From an uncultured archaeon (GTDB taxonomy: Archaea > Thermoproteota > Nitrososphaeria > Nitrososphaerales > Gagatemarchaeaceae), in the NCBI GenBank assembly GCA_963799775.1, contig CAWCYD010000003.1, positions 672,001 to 736,000 of the forward strand: 64,000 nt of DNA, given 5' to 3'. How positions within the stretch are numbered: position 1 is the first letter of the stretch; the number at the start of each line of letters is the position of its first letter. Position numbers and translations under genes: made by a program. Below are positions 41,980 to 52,033 of the stretch, piece by piece. The notes under the pieces were generated by a model. The model worked only from the letters and a program-made list of their open reading frames with translations, was not told the DNA's origin and searched no databases.

Positions 41980-42614
41980 CTTCTGTCTATCACCACTCGT
42001 CTTCCCTCGATTTTTAGCCTTCCTTCGACGAAGAGCTTCACCGCGAGAGGGTAGATCTTGTGTTCTTCCTTCAATATTCTGGCCGAGAGCGACTCGACGT
42101 CGTCGTCCTCGTGGACCTTCACGGCGCTCTGCAAGATTATCGGTCCGGAGTCGACCTGGGGGACGACGAAGTGGACCGTGCACCCAGAGACCTTGACCCC
42201 GTGCTCCAGTGCCTGCTCCTGAGCGTGCAGCCCGGGGAAGGAGGGGAGGAGAGCGGGGTGTATGTTGACTATCCTTCCCCTGAAATGGTCGACGAACTCG
42301 CGCGAGAGCAGCCTCATGTAGCCCGCGAGTACGACCAGCCCCTCGCTGGCCGTTATCCCTCTCCGCCTCAGCACCTCCATCAGCTTCCTGTCGTAGTCGA
42401 GCCTGGTCGGGAGGCCCGAAGGGTCGAGGCAGATTGACTCCACGCCGTGCCTCTTCGCGAGCTCCAGCGCCTTCGCTTCAGGCTTGTCGCTTATGACGAC
42501 GCGGACCCGAGCCCCCCTGATGCGCTTGCGTTCGATGGCACGGATGATGGAGAGCATGTTGCTGCCTCTACCGGAGACGAGGATGGCGATGCTGCACGGC
42601 GAGGCTTCAGGCAA
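41976..42614 (-). CDS. purN: GAR transformylase (folate-dependent)
   Basis: SGRGSN, LAGYMRLL, NIHPALLP, SGCTVH, DSGPII, EH. Confidence 0.95.
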   Translation of the reverse strand: MPEASPCSIAILVSGRGSNMLSIIRAIERKRIRGARVRVVISDKPEAKALELAKRHGVESICLDPSGLPTRLDYDRKLMEVLRRRGITASEGLVVLAGYMRLLSREFVDHFRGRIVNIHPALLPSFPGLHAQEQALEHGVKVSGCTVHFVVPQVDSGPIILQSAVKVHEDDDVESLSARILKEEHKIYPLAVKLFVEGRLKIEGRRVVIDRR

Positions 42615-42629
42615 GGGACTCTCGGGCCT

Positions 42630-44049
42630 TCATCTCTTCTCTTTGACCCCCACTCCAAGCTTCGAGTAGTCGCCGTTGACGCACGCAAAGCAGAGGCTGT
42701 TCTTCGGCAGCCCTATGGCTTCCGCGAGCCCGTCGATGTCGTTGTAATGGAGCTCGTCCACACCCAGTGAAGCGGCGACCTTGGCGCTGATGACCTCCGA
42801 GTCATCGTCGTTGGGGGCGACCCTGTGGGCGAGCAGCTCTTCCCTGCTGGGGAAGTCTACGCCCATGTAGCATGGGTGCTTTATGGGAGGGAAGGTGATC
42901 GCCATCTTGATGCTCTTCGCTCCTGCTTCCTTGAGCGCATGCACTATGATCTCGGAGCTTGTCCCTCTCACCACGCTGTCGTCGACCACTATCACGTCCT
43001 TGCCCTGGATCGTCTCCTTGATCGGGATGATCCTCCGGACCACCTCTTCCCTCCCCCCTTGCTTGGGCTCGATGAAGCTCCTCATGGTGCCCTTCCGCCT
43101 GTACCTGTCCTTCATCAGCCCCTCGTCCATCGGGATGCCGCTCTCCGTCGAGTACCCGAGGGCCGCCGGTCTGGCTGAGTCTGGCACCGGGATCACGACC
43201 TTCCCCTTCATCTTCCTTCGGCGCGCGAGGATCTTGCCGACGTTCTTCCGGGCCTGGTAGACGTTGACGCCGTCGATCACGGAGGACGGGTGGGCGAAAT
43301 AGGTGTACTCGAACGAGCAATGTGCTGACTCGACCTTCGGGGAGAAGCGGAACGACTCGAAGCCCCTCTTGGCCCTCCGAGGCGTATCATCTCGCCGGGC
43401 TCGACGTCCCTGACGAACTCGGCATCGATTGCGGTGAGGGCGCAGCTCTCCGACGCCGCGATGTGCGTCCCTGACTTCTTCTGGAAGCCTATGCACAGGG
43501 GACGGTAGCCTCTGGGTTCCTCACCGCGAAGACCTCGCCCTGCTTGTTCAGGATGGTGAACGAGTAGGCGCCCTTCACCTCCTTCGCAAGCCGCTCGAAC
43601 GCCCAGAACCAATCGTTCTCCTCCTTCAGCATCTGCAAGAGCCTCTGCCCTACGACCTTTGTGTCGGTGGAGCAGTCGACGCTCGACCGGGAGGCGAGGA
43701 CAGTCTTCTTGAGGTCGTCGGTGTTGAAGATGGTCCCGTTGTGCGCAAGGCTGAACTCGTTCCCGAATTGGATGGGCTGGGCGTTGCCGAGGTTGGACCT
43801 TCCCTTGGTCGAATACCTGATGTGCCCGATCCCTGACGGCCCTTTGTAGCCTGTCAACTCCTGGGCGAAGTTGATCCAGTTGAAGGCCAACCCCATCCTC
43901 TTGAAGACGGGCTGGCCTGGGAGGGCGATCCCCCACGACTCTTGTCCCCTGTGCTGAAGCGCCTCCAAACCCTTGAGTATCTTGGGGACGACGTCCACCC
44001 CTTTTGTGGAGTGGGCCCCGACCACGGCGCAGGCCTCTTTTGCGCCCAT
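42630..44049 (-). CDS. purF: Amidophosphoribosyltransferase; frameshifts near 43500 and 43375
   Basis: KEAC (N-terminal Cys), LQHRGQE, GHIRYST, HNG, CSFEYTYF, VDDSVVRGT, CFAC. Confidence 0.94.
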
Positions 44050-46263
44050 CTAGTCCATCAGCTCCGGGATCGCGCCTTCCCACTTGGACTTGAGGGAGGA
44101 GACGCTCAGCTTCGTGGTCTTGCCGGAAGAGACCAGCGAGAGGGAGTCGCCCCCGACCTTGCCCACGGTGGCGCACCCAATTCCAGAGTCCTTCAACGAG
44201 GCGAGGACAGCCTCCCCGTCTTTGGCCTCGACGACAAACCGCCCGTGAGACTCTGAGAAGAGCGTCTCGATGTCCCTGCCGCAGGAGGTAGGCACCCGGG
44301 AGACGTCGACAGCCACCCCCACCTCGCCAGCGATGGACATCTCTGCTATCGCGACGGCGAGCCCGCCGCCTGAGACGTCGTGGACGGCGGTCACGAGACC
44401 ACCGTGGATCAGCTTCAGGATGGCCCGACAGGTGGCGAGGTCGCTCTTGACGTCTGGGCGAGGGGTCTCCCATGCGCCTTTGGCGATCGGAAAATTGACG
44501 GCGTATTCCGAGCCGCCGAGCTCAGGCCTCGTCGACCCGACGACGATGACAGAGTCGCCTTTCCGCTTGAAAGCCATGGTCATGATGTCCTCTTGCCTCT
44601 CGATCAGGCCCACGACAAGGGCTATCGGGCTGGGCTTTATCGCCCGTCCGGTCGCGGAGTCTTCGTTGTAGAAGCTCACCTTCCCCCCTACGACGGGCAG
44701 ATCGAACGCCTTGCAGTAGTCTGCCATCCCCGTGAGAGACTGCCGGAAAGTCCAGTAGACCTCGGGGTCGGATGGGTCTCCGGACTGGAGGTGGTCGACG
44801 AGCGCTATCGGCTCGGCTCCCACGGAGACGACGTTCCTGCACGCCTCAGCGACGCAGCCGGCCGCCCCGGAGTAGGGTTCGAGTGAGCACTGCTTGCTGT
44901 TGCCGTCCCCCTTGACCGCCAGGAAGCTACCGTTGGGGAGCCTCAAGACGGCGGCATCTCCCTGTCCGGGCTTGACGACGGTCCTCAACCCGACCTCGTG
45001 GTCGTACTGCTGATAGACCCAGCGCTTGCTCGCCACGTTGGGCGAGGTGAGGACCGTTAGCAGGGCGTCCTTGAGGGTGGGCTCGGACTTTGCAGACCGG
45101 CTCTTCGTCGCCCCTATCGGTGCCTTGGGCCGCGCCGACGGCCAGGGGATCAACGGAGCCTCGGTGACGAGCTTCGAAGGCAGGTCGGCGACCACCTTCC
45201 CGTCCCACCGGATGACCAGGTTCGGCCTGGAGGTGACCTTCCCGATCACGGAGTGCGGGACGCCGTACTTGTCAAGGACGGAGACCACACCTCCCTTTGA
45301 GTTCGCCTCTCCGGCCGGCAGGACCAAGAGCATCCTCTCCTGCGACTCTGAGATCATTATCTCGGTGGGCGACATGTCGCCCTCCCTCAGCCTCACCCGC
45401 TTCAGCTCCACATCGACACCGGTCCCGCCCTTCGAGGCGACCTCGGACAAGGCGGTGGAGAGCCCTCCGCCTCCCAGGTCCTTCATCCCTGGATCTTCTG
45501 CCCCTTCGCTATGACCTCGAGGAGCGAGTCCAGGAGGAGCTTCTTGATGAAGGGGTCGGTGGACCTGGACAGATGAGCGGTCGCTGGCCGCGTCTGCCTT
45601 TAGGTTCGCGGACGCGAAGGTGGCCCCCCTGATCCCGTCGCGCCCTGTGCTCCCGCCTATCAGCACCAAGACGTCGCCCTCCTTCTTGGCTTCCCCGAGG
45701 ATCAGGTCGCCCTTCTTTCCGACACCGACGCAGGCCACGTCGACTAGGCAGTTCTTCTCGAAGGAGTCGTCGAACTCTATCTCGCCAGCCACGGTGGGGA
45801 CGCCGACGCAGTTGCCGTAATCCGCTATCCCCCTAACCACGTTCTTGAAGAGCCATCTCGAATGCCCGCTCTCATCGATCAGTCCAAAACGCAAGATGTC
45901 GACCAGGGCGATGGGCCTGCTGGCCACAGAGAGTATGTCCCTCAAGACGCCGCCGATGCCCGTGGCGGCGCCTCCGTATGGGTCCACCGCGGAAGGGTGG
46001 TTGTGGCTCTCGATGTGAAGTGTGACGACGTATCCGCCGCCGACGTCGACCACCCCGGCGTCGTAGCCGGGCCCGAGGACGACCCTCTTTCCTGTCGTGG
46101 GGAAGAGCTTGAGGAGGGCCTTCGACGACTTGTAGCTGCTGTGCTCGGACCACTCGGCGTCTATGATCGACCACTCCGTCTCGTTGGGCTCGCGGCCAAG
46201 GGACTTTCTGACGAACGCCATCTCGTCGGCGGTGAGGCCCAGGCCCAGCTGCTCGGCCTTCAT
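44050..46263 (-). CDS. purL: FGAM synthase large subunit; short out-of-frame stretch near 45490-45560
   Basis: WSEHSSYKSS, ESHNHPS, TGRDGI, DLGGGG, SESQERM, QYDHEV, GGKVSFYN, HDVSGGG. Confidence 0.95.
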   Translation of the reverse strand: MKAEQLGLGLTADEMAFVRKSLGREPNETEWSIIDAEWSEHSSYKSSKALLKLFPTTGKRVVLGPGYDAGVVDVGGGYVVTLHIESHNHPSAVDPYGGAATGIGGVLRDILSVASRPIALVDILRFGLIDESGHSRWLFKNVVRGIADYGNCVGVPTVAGEIEFDDSFEKNCLVDVACVGVGKKGDLILGEAKKEGDVLVLIGGSTGRDGIRGATFASANLKADAASDRSSVQVHRPLHQEAPPGLAPRGHSEGAEDPGMKDLGGGGLSTALSEVASKGGTGVDVELKRVRLREGDMSPTEIMISESQERMLLVLPAGEANSKGGVVSVLDKYGVPHSVIGKVTSRPNLVIRWDGKVVADLPSKLVTEAPLIPWPSARPKAPIGATKSRSAKSEPTLKDALLTVLTSPNVASKRWVYQQYDHEVGLRTVVKPGQGDAAVLRLPNGSFLAVKGDGNSKQCSLEPYSGAAGCVAEACRNVVSVGAEPIALVDHLQSGDPSDPEVYWTFRQSLTGMADYCKAFDLPVVGGKVSFYNEDSATGRAIKPSPIALVVGLIERQEDIMTMAFKRKGDSVIVVGSTRPELGGSEYAVNFPIAKGAWETPRPDVKSDLATCRAILKLIHGGLVTAVHDVSGGGLAVAIAEMSIAGEVGVAVDVSRVPTSCGRDIETLFSESHGRFVVEAKDGEAVLASLKDSGIGCATVGKVGGDSLSLVSSGKTTKLSVSSLKSKWEGAIPELMD

Positions 46264-46980
46264 GCCCGGCTGCTCCTCTTCCCCCGCGTCACCAGAGACG
46301 AGAGCATCAGCGCACCATCGTGCAGGCCCAGGGGGCTCAGAAGCGCCTCGGCGGCCCTTTCCGGATGGGGCATCAGACCGACGACGTTGCCCGGCTTGTT
46401 GCACACGCCCGCGATGTTGTGGAGCGTCCCGGTGGGATTGCTCTGCTCGGTGACCTTCCCTGAGGCGTCGCAGTATCTGAAGACGACGAGCCCGTCCTTC
46501 TCGAGATTCGCGAGCTCCGCGTGCGGCAGGAAGAACCTCCCCTCACCGTGGGCGATCGGCATCGACATGAGCCTGGCCCTGCGTGAGGCCCGTGGTGAAG
46601 GCCGTGTGCGCGTTCTCGACCCGCACGTTCGTCCACTTGCAGGCGAACTTCAGGGTCGAGTTGCGGAGGAGCGCGCCAGGAAGAAGGCCGCTCTCAACCA
46701 GGATCTGGAAGCCGTTGCAGACGCCCAGCACAGGCACCCCTCTCTCTGCGAGACGCTTGACTGACGCCATGGCAGGAGAGTTGGCAGCGATAGCTCCCGC
46801 CCTCAGCCGGTCTGCGAAGGCGAAGCCGCCCGGCAAGACGACTGCACCGTAGTCACCGCGCCCAAGGAGAGCGTCCTCGTGCCACACGAGAACGGGTTCG
46901 ACCCCCTTGATCAATCGCAGGGCCTGGACCATGTCGAGGTCGCAGTTGCTCCCGGGGAAGCGGATGACCGCTACCTTCAC
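46260..46980 (-). CDS. purQ: FGAM synthase glutaminase subunit; frameshift near 46570
   Basis: FPGSNCD, PGGF, GVCNGFQIL, PIAHGEG, MPHPER. Confidence 0.94.
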
Positions 46981-47267
46981 GTGCTCGGCGCCTTCCCGAC
47001 TGTAACTTCGCAGGAGTGCGCTGCTGGATTGAAGATGCGAAGGTCGTTGCACATCTTCTCGACGAGGCGCTTTGCGGAGGATTGGTCGGGAGCGACGACC
47101 TTCACCCTGAGATATTTCCCCGCGCGGATCGATTGGACCTGCCCGAAGCCAGACTTTGCGACAAGGTCGTGGAGGATGGTCTCGCCCTCGGGCTCCCGCA
47201 CGCCCGGCTTGTTGGAGATGACCACGCTCACCTCGAACGTCCGACTTTTAGTCGTAATTCCCGCCAA
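46977..47267 (-). CDS. purS: FGAM synthase small subunit
   Basis: KPGVREPEGETI, IRAGK, NP; directly upstream of purQ. Confidence 0.9.
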   Translation of the reverse strand: MAGITTKSRTFEVSVVISNKPGVREPEGETILHDLVAKSGFGQVQSIRAGKYLRVKVVAPDQSSAKRLVEKMCNDLRIFNPAAHSCEVTVGKAPST

Positions 47268-47384
47268 TTTTCCGCGTCTATTTAAATCGAATTTGGCACG
47301 TTCCTGTTAAACGGCGCATCACACCGATAGGGCGAAATAGCCATCGCATGGAGCACGCAAGCGTAACACCGGTAGGTCGATCGA

Positions 47385-49013
47385 GTGCCAAAGTCAAGCG
47401 GCGACGTCAAGGTGAGGACCGCGGTTCTGAGCGTCGCAGACAAGTCAGGTCTGACAGACTTCGCGAGAGGGCTGCGTTCCTTTGGGGTGTCTCTGCTCGC
47501 GACGGGAGGGACGCACTCGGCGCTCAAGGAGGCCGGGGTCGAGGTCAGGAGCCTCACAGAGGCGATGGGTCTCTCGGAGGCGCTCTCTGGCCGGGTGAAG
47601 ACGCTCCACTCCAATCTGTTCGCGGGCATACTGGCGAGGAGAGACGACCCTGGGCACATGAGGGAGCTGAGGGAGATGGGAGTCTCGCCGATCGACATGG
47701 TGGTGTGCAACTTCTACCAGTTCGAGAAGGTCGCCCGCGACCCGAAGGCCACCGAGCAGACCGTCCTCGAGAACATCGACATCGGGGGCCCGTCGATGGT
47801 CAGGGCATCGACCAAGAACTGCCTGTTCGTGACCGTCGTGCCGTCCCCCAAGTTCTACGGCCCCGTTCTGGAGGAGCTCTCCAAGAGGCGCGGCAGCGTC
47901 GGGCTGGAGCTCAGAAAGTCCCTGGCGGTGGAGGCGTTCGCCTCGACCGCCTCATATGACGCCGTCATCTACGACGAGCTTAGGCGGAGGTTCCGCGCCG
48001 TCGAGGAAGAGAAGTTCCCACCGAAGTTCGTCCTCTCGGCCACCAAGTACGAGGACGCGAGATACGGAGAGAACCCGGACCAAGAGGCAGCCATCTACTC
48101 GATAGACGGGGCGCAGAGCATGACGCGGTGGGAGCAGCTCTCCGGCGACCCGCTCTCTTTCAACAACTACCTCGACATCGGCAGCGCGTACGGGCTGCTC
48201 GAGGGGTTCGAGCACGTTCCCACCGCCGCGACCGTGAAGCACGGTCAGATAAGCGGGTTCGCCTGCGCACCGAGGATAGCGAGGGCGTACGAGTTCGCGC
48301 ACGCCTGCGACCCCGAGGCAGACTTCGGCGGGACGGTGGTCCTGAACAGGAACGCGGACCTCGCCGCGGCGAGGCTGATCGGGAAGAACGAGGGCAAGAA
48401 GGACGACTCGGTCTACACCGAGATAGTCATCGCGCCTTCCTTCGACACCGATGCGATGAAGCTCCTAGAGTCGAAGCAGAAGAAGAAGATACGCATGATC
48501 CAGGCGGCTGAGAGGGCATTCTACGAATACGATTTGAAGGAGCTGGAGGGGGCGCTCCTTCTCCAGGAGCCGGCAGACTACCGCAAGAAGCTGGACCGGA
48601 GCAGGCTGACCTTCCCCACAAAGGCGAAGCCCGACGACGCGACTGTCCAGAAGCTCCTGGCGAGCTGGGAGGTGGTGAGGCGAGTCCAGTCCAACGGCAT
48701 CGTGATCGCCGACGGCAAGGTTGGGAGGGGGGGCGCCCTGGACGAGTTCTGGACAATCGGGGTCGCGAGCTTCAGGAAGAGGAGCGGCGCCGTCAAGATA
48801 GCCCTGGACAACGCGGGAGCGCGTGCGAAGGGCGCCGTCTGCGCCTCGGACGGGTTCTTCCCGTTCAGGGACAACGTGGACCTGTTGGGGGCCGCCGGGG
48901 TCAGGGCGGTGATCCAGCCAGGTGGGTCTATCAGCGATGAGGAGGTCGTAAAGGCGGCGGACGACTATGGGATCGCGATGGCGATCACCCACGTGCGAGC
49001 CTTCAAACACTAG
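47385..49013 (+). CDS. purH: Bifunctional AICAR transformylase/IMP cyclohydrolase
   Basis: LSVADK, TGGT, GRVKTLH, IDIGGP, RYGENP, VKH, ASDGFFPFRD, IQPGGS, RAFKH. Confidence 0.92.
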   Translation: MPKSSGDVKVRTAVLSVADKSGLTDFARGLRSFGVSLLATGGTHSALKEAGVEVRSLTEAMGLSEALSGRVKTLHSNLFAGILARRDDPGHMRELREMGVSPIDMVVCNFYQFEKVARDPKATEQTVLENIDIGGPSMVRASTKNCLFVTVVPSPKFYGPVLEELSKRRGSVGLELRKSLAVEAFASTASYDAVIYDELRRRFRAVEEEKFPPKFVLSATKYEDARYGENPDQEAAIYSIDGAQSMTRWEQLSGDPLSFNNYLDIGSAYGLLEGFEHVPTAATVKHGQISGFACAPRIARAYEFAHACDPEADFGGTVVLNRNADLAAARLIGKNEGKKDDSVYTEIVIAPSFDTDAMKLLESKQKKKIRMIQAAERAFYEYDLKELEGALLLQEPADYRKKLDRSRLTFPTKAKPDDATVQKLLASWEVVRRVQSNGIVIADGKVGRGGALDEFWTIGVASFRKRSGAVKIALDNAGARAKGAVCASDGFFPFRDNVDLLGAAGVRAVIQPGGSISDEEVVKAADDYGIAMAITHVRAFKH

Positions 49014-49042
49014 AGCCATCATCGATATATCTTAAATCGCCG

Positions 49043-49648
49043 ATGGCTCGGGGTGGGTCTCGGAGCGATTTGAGCACTCTTCGGGATATGGTGAACGTCT
49101 CAGTCATGGTCGCGGTCGCCATGGTCGCCCTGCTGGTCTCCGTGCCCGCTGTCCAAGCCGCCAGCTACTCGGTGAGCCTCCAGACGGACTCGCCTTCATA
49201 TGCCGGGACGACGCCGATCGTCATCACGGGGACGGTAACTCCGGCACCTGGGTCGGGCACGGGCATCATAATCACGATAAAGAACTCCGCGGGGACTGTG
49301 GCGGACATCGATGAGGCGTTCCCCAACCCTGTGACAGGGACTTTCAACTACACCTCTTACCCCGGCGGGAACCCTGCCTGGACCAGCGGGGTGTTCTCCG
49401 TCAATGCGACGTGGGGAGGCAACTCGGGGACGGCATCCCAGGTGGTCACGTTCACGTACGCGGTCACGTCGACCACCACTACGACGACCACAACCACCAC
49501 AACCACCACCAGCACGGGCGTCACACAGACGAACGCACCTGAGTTCCCTGCAACCGCAGTGCCGGTCGTGACACTGGTCGCGATTGCTGCGATCGCGGTG
49601 CTCCTGCGAAGAGTCTCCTTGAGGCCTGCGACCCCAGTCAGCCTCTAG
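49043..49648 (+). CDS. Secreted surface protein with Thr-rich linker and PEF-type C-terminal sorting signal
   Basis: Signal peptide ending VQA; poly-Thr; APEFP followed by TM helix and LLRR; true start may be 49088. Confidence 0.82.
   Translation: MARGGSRSDLSTLRDMVNVSVMVAVAMVALLVSVPAVQAASYSVSLQTDSPSYAGTTPIVITGTVTPAPGSGTGIIITIKNSAGTVADIDEAFPNPVTGTFNYTSYPGGNPAWTSGVFSVNATWGGNSGTASQVVTFTYAVTSTTTTTTTTTTTTTSTGVTQTNAPEFPATAVPVVTLVAIAAIAVLLRRVSLRPATPVSL
49472..49515 (+). repeat. ACN trinucleotide repeat encoding a poly-Thr linker
   Basis: accaccactacgacgaccacaaccaccacaaccaccacc. Confidence 0.8.
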
Positions 49649-49726
49649 TCGTGCGGTCTCCTCTCAGTTTTCACCACGTGTAAACGCGTTAAATATGGAG
49701 CGCTCGCGGGCGAGCCCTACAGCGAT

Positions 49727-50887
49727 TTGCCAATGAAACCAGAGCAGCTAATGCGCACACCTGTGTCAGAGCTCAGCACTGACGCCCAGACCTTTCCGTC
49801 CAGCGAGCCCGTCTCGAAGATAATGGGCTACTTTAGCGAGTCGAAGATGCTCGAGGCCTTCGTGGATGATGGCGACGGCGCCACAAGCGTCGTCTCGATA
49901 CGGGGCCTTCTGGACGTAAACAACCTCGAGACGAAGCTCTCCGCGATCATGCACCAAGTGGCCCGCCTCGGTCCCAACAACAACGTGAGCGACGCTGCCA
50001 CGCTGATGCGCGAGTTCAGGACCCGCTCCCTGCCGATCTATAGTGGGAAGAAGCTTGCAGGGAGGATCACCTCCCCGTCGATAGTGGCGAAGCTCCTCGA
50101 CACCGACATGCCTGGGAAGATATCCTCGATCATGACTCCCAGTCCCATAACCCTGGATGCCTCCGACAAGGTATCCCAAGCAAGGGACATCATGATCAAG
50201 AAGAGGATCGACCAGGTGCCTATCACCAAGAAGGGTAGCCTCGATGGCATCGTGAGAGTAGACGAGATCGTCTTCAACCTCATGCCAAAGGCAGAGAGGG
50301 CGGCGAAGGGAGACAGCCCGAGAGGGAGGTATGCCGAGGAACTAGGGATGTTCGGAGGTGACGTGGTCATAACGAACGAGGTCACGGACTCCTTGCGGGA
50401 GGTCTACCAGAACATCTTGAAGAGCGGCTCCAACTACTCGGTGATAACGACGGACGACGAGATCCAGGGCATAGTGACCTATCGCGATTTCCTTACCGTG
50501 CTGACGAAGAAGGCCTCGAGCACGGTCCCCATGTACATCGTGGGGCTCCCTGAAGACCCGTTCGAGGCAGAGACGGCAAGGAGCAAGTTCCAGAGCGCCG
50601 TCGAGTTCCTGCGCAGGAGCACGCCGGACCTCGAGGAGGCGAGGGCGACGATAAAGATGGGCGTGACAAAGTCACCCAAGAAGAAGTACCAGGTGAAGGT
50701 GTTCTTGGTCTACCCTAGACGACACCTGTCCTACGAGATATTCTCGTATGAGCTGGCGGACGCGTTCGACCACGTGAACGGGTGGATGAAAGAGGTCATC
50801 GAGAGGTCGAGGCCCAGGAGGAGTTCCAGAGGCTCCAACTCCAGGTCCTTCCCGGAAGACTTCCGTCCAGAGACGGCCCCGGGCTAG
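49727..50887 (+). CDS. Four-CBS protein with C-terminal HPF/RaiA-like domain
   Basis: CBS repeats (e.g. IMTPSPITL...DQVPI...GIV; GIVTYRD) followed by a beta-alpha-beta-beta-beta-alpha-like domain ending YELADAFDHV. Confidence 0.72.
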   Translation: MPMKPEQLMRTPVSELSTDAQTFPSSEPVSKIMGYFSESKMLEAFVDDGDGATSVVSIRGLLDVNNLETKLSAIMHQVARLGPNNNVSDAATLMREFRTRSLPIYSGKKLAGRITSPSIVAKLLDTDMPGKISSIMTPSPITLDASDKVSQARDIMIKKRIDQVPITKKGSLDGIVRVDEIVFNLMPKAERAAKGDSPRGRYAEELGMFGGDVVITNEVTDSLREVYQNILKSGSNYSVITTDDEIQGIVTYRDFLTVLTKKASSTVPMYIVGLPEDPFEAETARSKFQSAVEFLRRSTPDLEEARATIKMGVTKSPKKKYQVKVFLVYPRRHLSYEIFSYELADAFDHVNGWMKEVIERSRPRRSSRGSNSRSFPEDFRPETAPG

Positions 50888-50915
50888 TCCGTGGTGAGAG
50901 AGGCCCTCAGATAGC

Positions 50916-51938
50916 GTGAGCGCGGTCAAAGGCTTTCCCAGACGCACTCCGGAAATATCAGAAGGTAGAGGGGCAAAGCGGGCAAGCACCGAGATGGCAC
51001 CTCCCGCAAAGGCAGGCAAGGCCCGGTCACTCCTGTCGGTCTCCGACCTCTCTGCGCGTGAGCTCACCGGGATGTTCGAGAGGATGAAGTCGATCAAGCC
51101 GGCCATCAGACGGCGGGACACGCTGTCCGACCTGAAGGGAAGAGCGGTCGGACTCTTCTTCGAGAAGCCATCCACGCGGACAAGGACCAGCTTCGAGGTC
51201 GCGACGGTGCGCCTGGGAGGCCATCCGGTCTACCTGGCGGCTGACGAGCTTCAGGCAAGCAGAGGCGAGCCTGTCCGCGACACTGCGAGGATCCTCGGCA
51301 GCTACCTGGACGTGATCGTCGGGAGGGTCTACTCCCACGAGACGTTGAGAGAGATGTCTCTGTACTCTGGAATCCCCGTCCTGAACGCGCTCAGCGAGCT
51401 GGAGCACCCCACCCAGGTCATCTCCGACCTTTTCACCATAATCGAGACGAAGGGCAAGCTCCAAGGCCTCACCCTCGCGTTCATAGGAGACGGGGACAAC
51501 GTGTGCAACTCGCTTCTCCTGGGAACTTCGCTCATGGGAATGAACATGGTGGCCGCCTGTCCCCCTGCATATGCCCCCAGCCCTGACGTAGTGCGCAGGG
51601 CGGAAGAGAACGCGAGGAAATCAGGGTGCAAGATGAGGATAGTTGAAGACCCGAAGGAGGCGGCTGTGGACTCCGACGTGCTCTACACCGACGTCTGGGT
51701 CAGCATGGGAGAAGAGAAGGAGAAGGGCAGGAGGATGCGCGCCTTCCAGGGGTTCCAGATCAACTCCGAGATACTGAAGCTGGCTTCGAGGGACGCGATT
51801 GTCATGCACTGCCTGCCGGCGCACAGGGGACTCGAGATAACGAACGACGTCATCGAAGGGAAGCAGTCCGTTGTCTGGCGACAGGCCGAGAACAAGCTCT
51901 ACGGGGCAGCAGTCTCGCTGGACTTTGTGGTCAGGTAG
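50916..51938 (+). CDS. argF: Ornithine carbamoyltransferase
   Basis: FEKPSTRTR, HPTQ, GDGDNV, YTDVWVSMG, HCLP, QAENK; start may be near 50994. Confidence 0.95.
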   Translation: MSAVKGFPRRTPEISEGRGAKRASTEMAPPAKAGKARSLLSVSDLSARELTGMFERMKSIKPAIRRRDTLSDLKGRAVGLFFEKPSTRTRTSFEVATVRLGGHPVYLAADELQASRGEPVRDTARILGSYLDVIVGRVYSHETLREMSLYSGIPVLNALSELEHPTQVISDLFTIIETKGKLQGLTLAFIGDGDNVCNSLLLGTSLMGMNMVAACPPAYAPSPDVVRRAEENARKSGCKMRIVEDPKEAAVDSDVLYTDVWVSMGEEKEKGRRMRAFQGFQINSEILKLASRDAIVMHCLPAHRGLEITNDVIEGKQSVVWRQAENKLYGAAVSLDFVVR

Positions 51939-52033
51939 CAGGCCGCAGTTTGCTCGAATGGCGCAATTACGGCCCGCTCGACAACGACTTCGGGAAAGCA
52001 TATCTATCTTAAGGCGGGCACTCCCTCCACAGG

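Noticed and set aside
40441-42183. 580-aa ORF that looks like a FolD/5-formyl-THF cyclo-ligase fusion
   Set aside because: Artefact of the folD frameshift near 41500; the real FolD C-terminus is in ORF 41097..41492 with its own stop.
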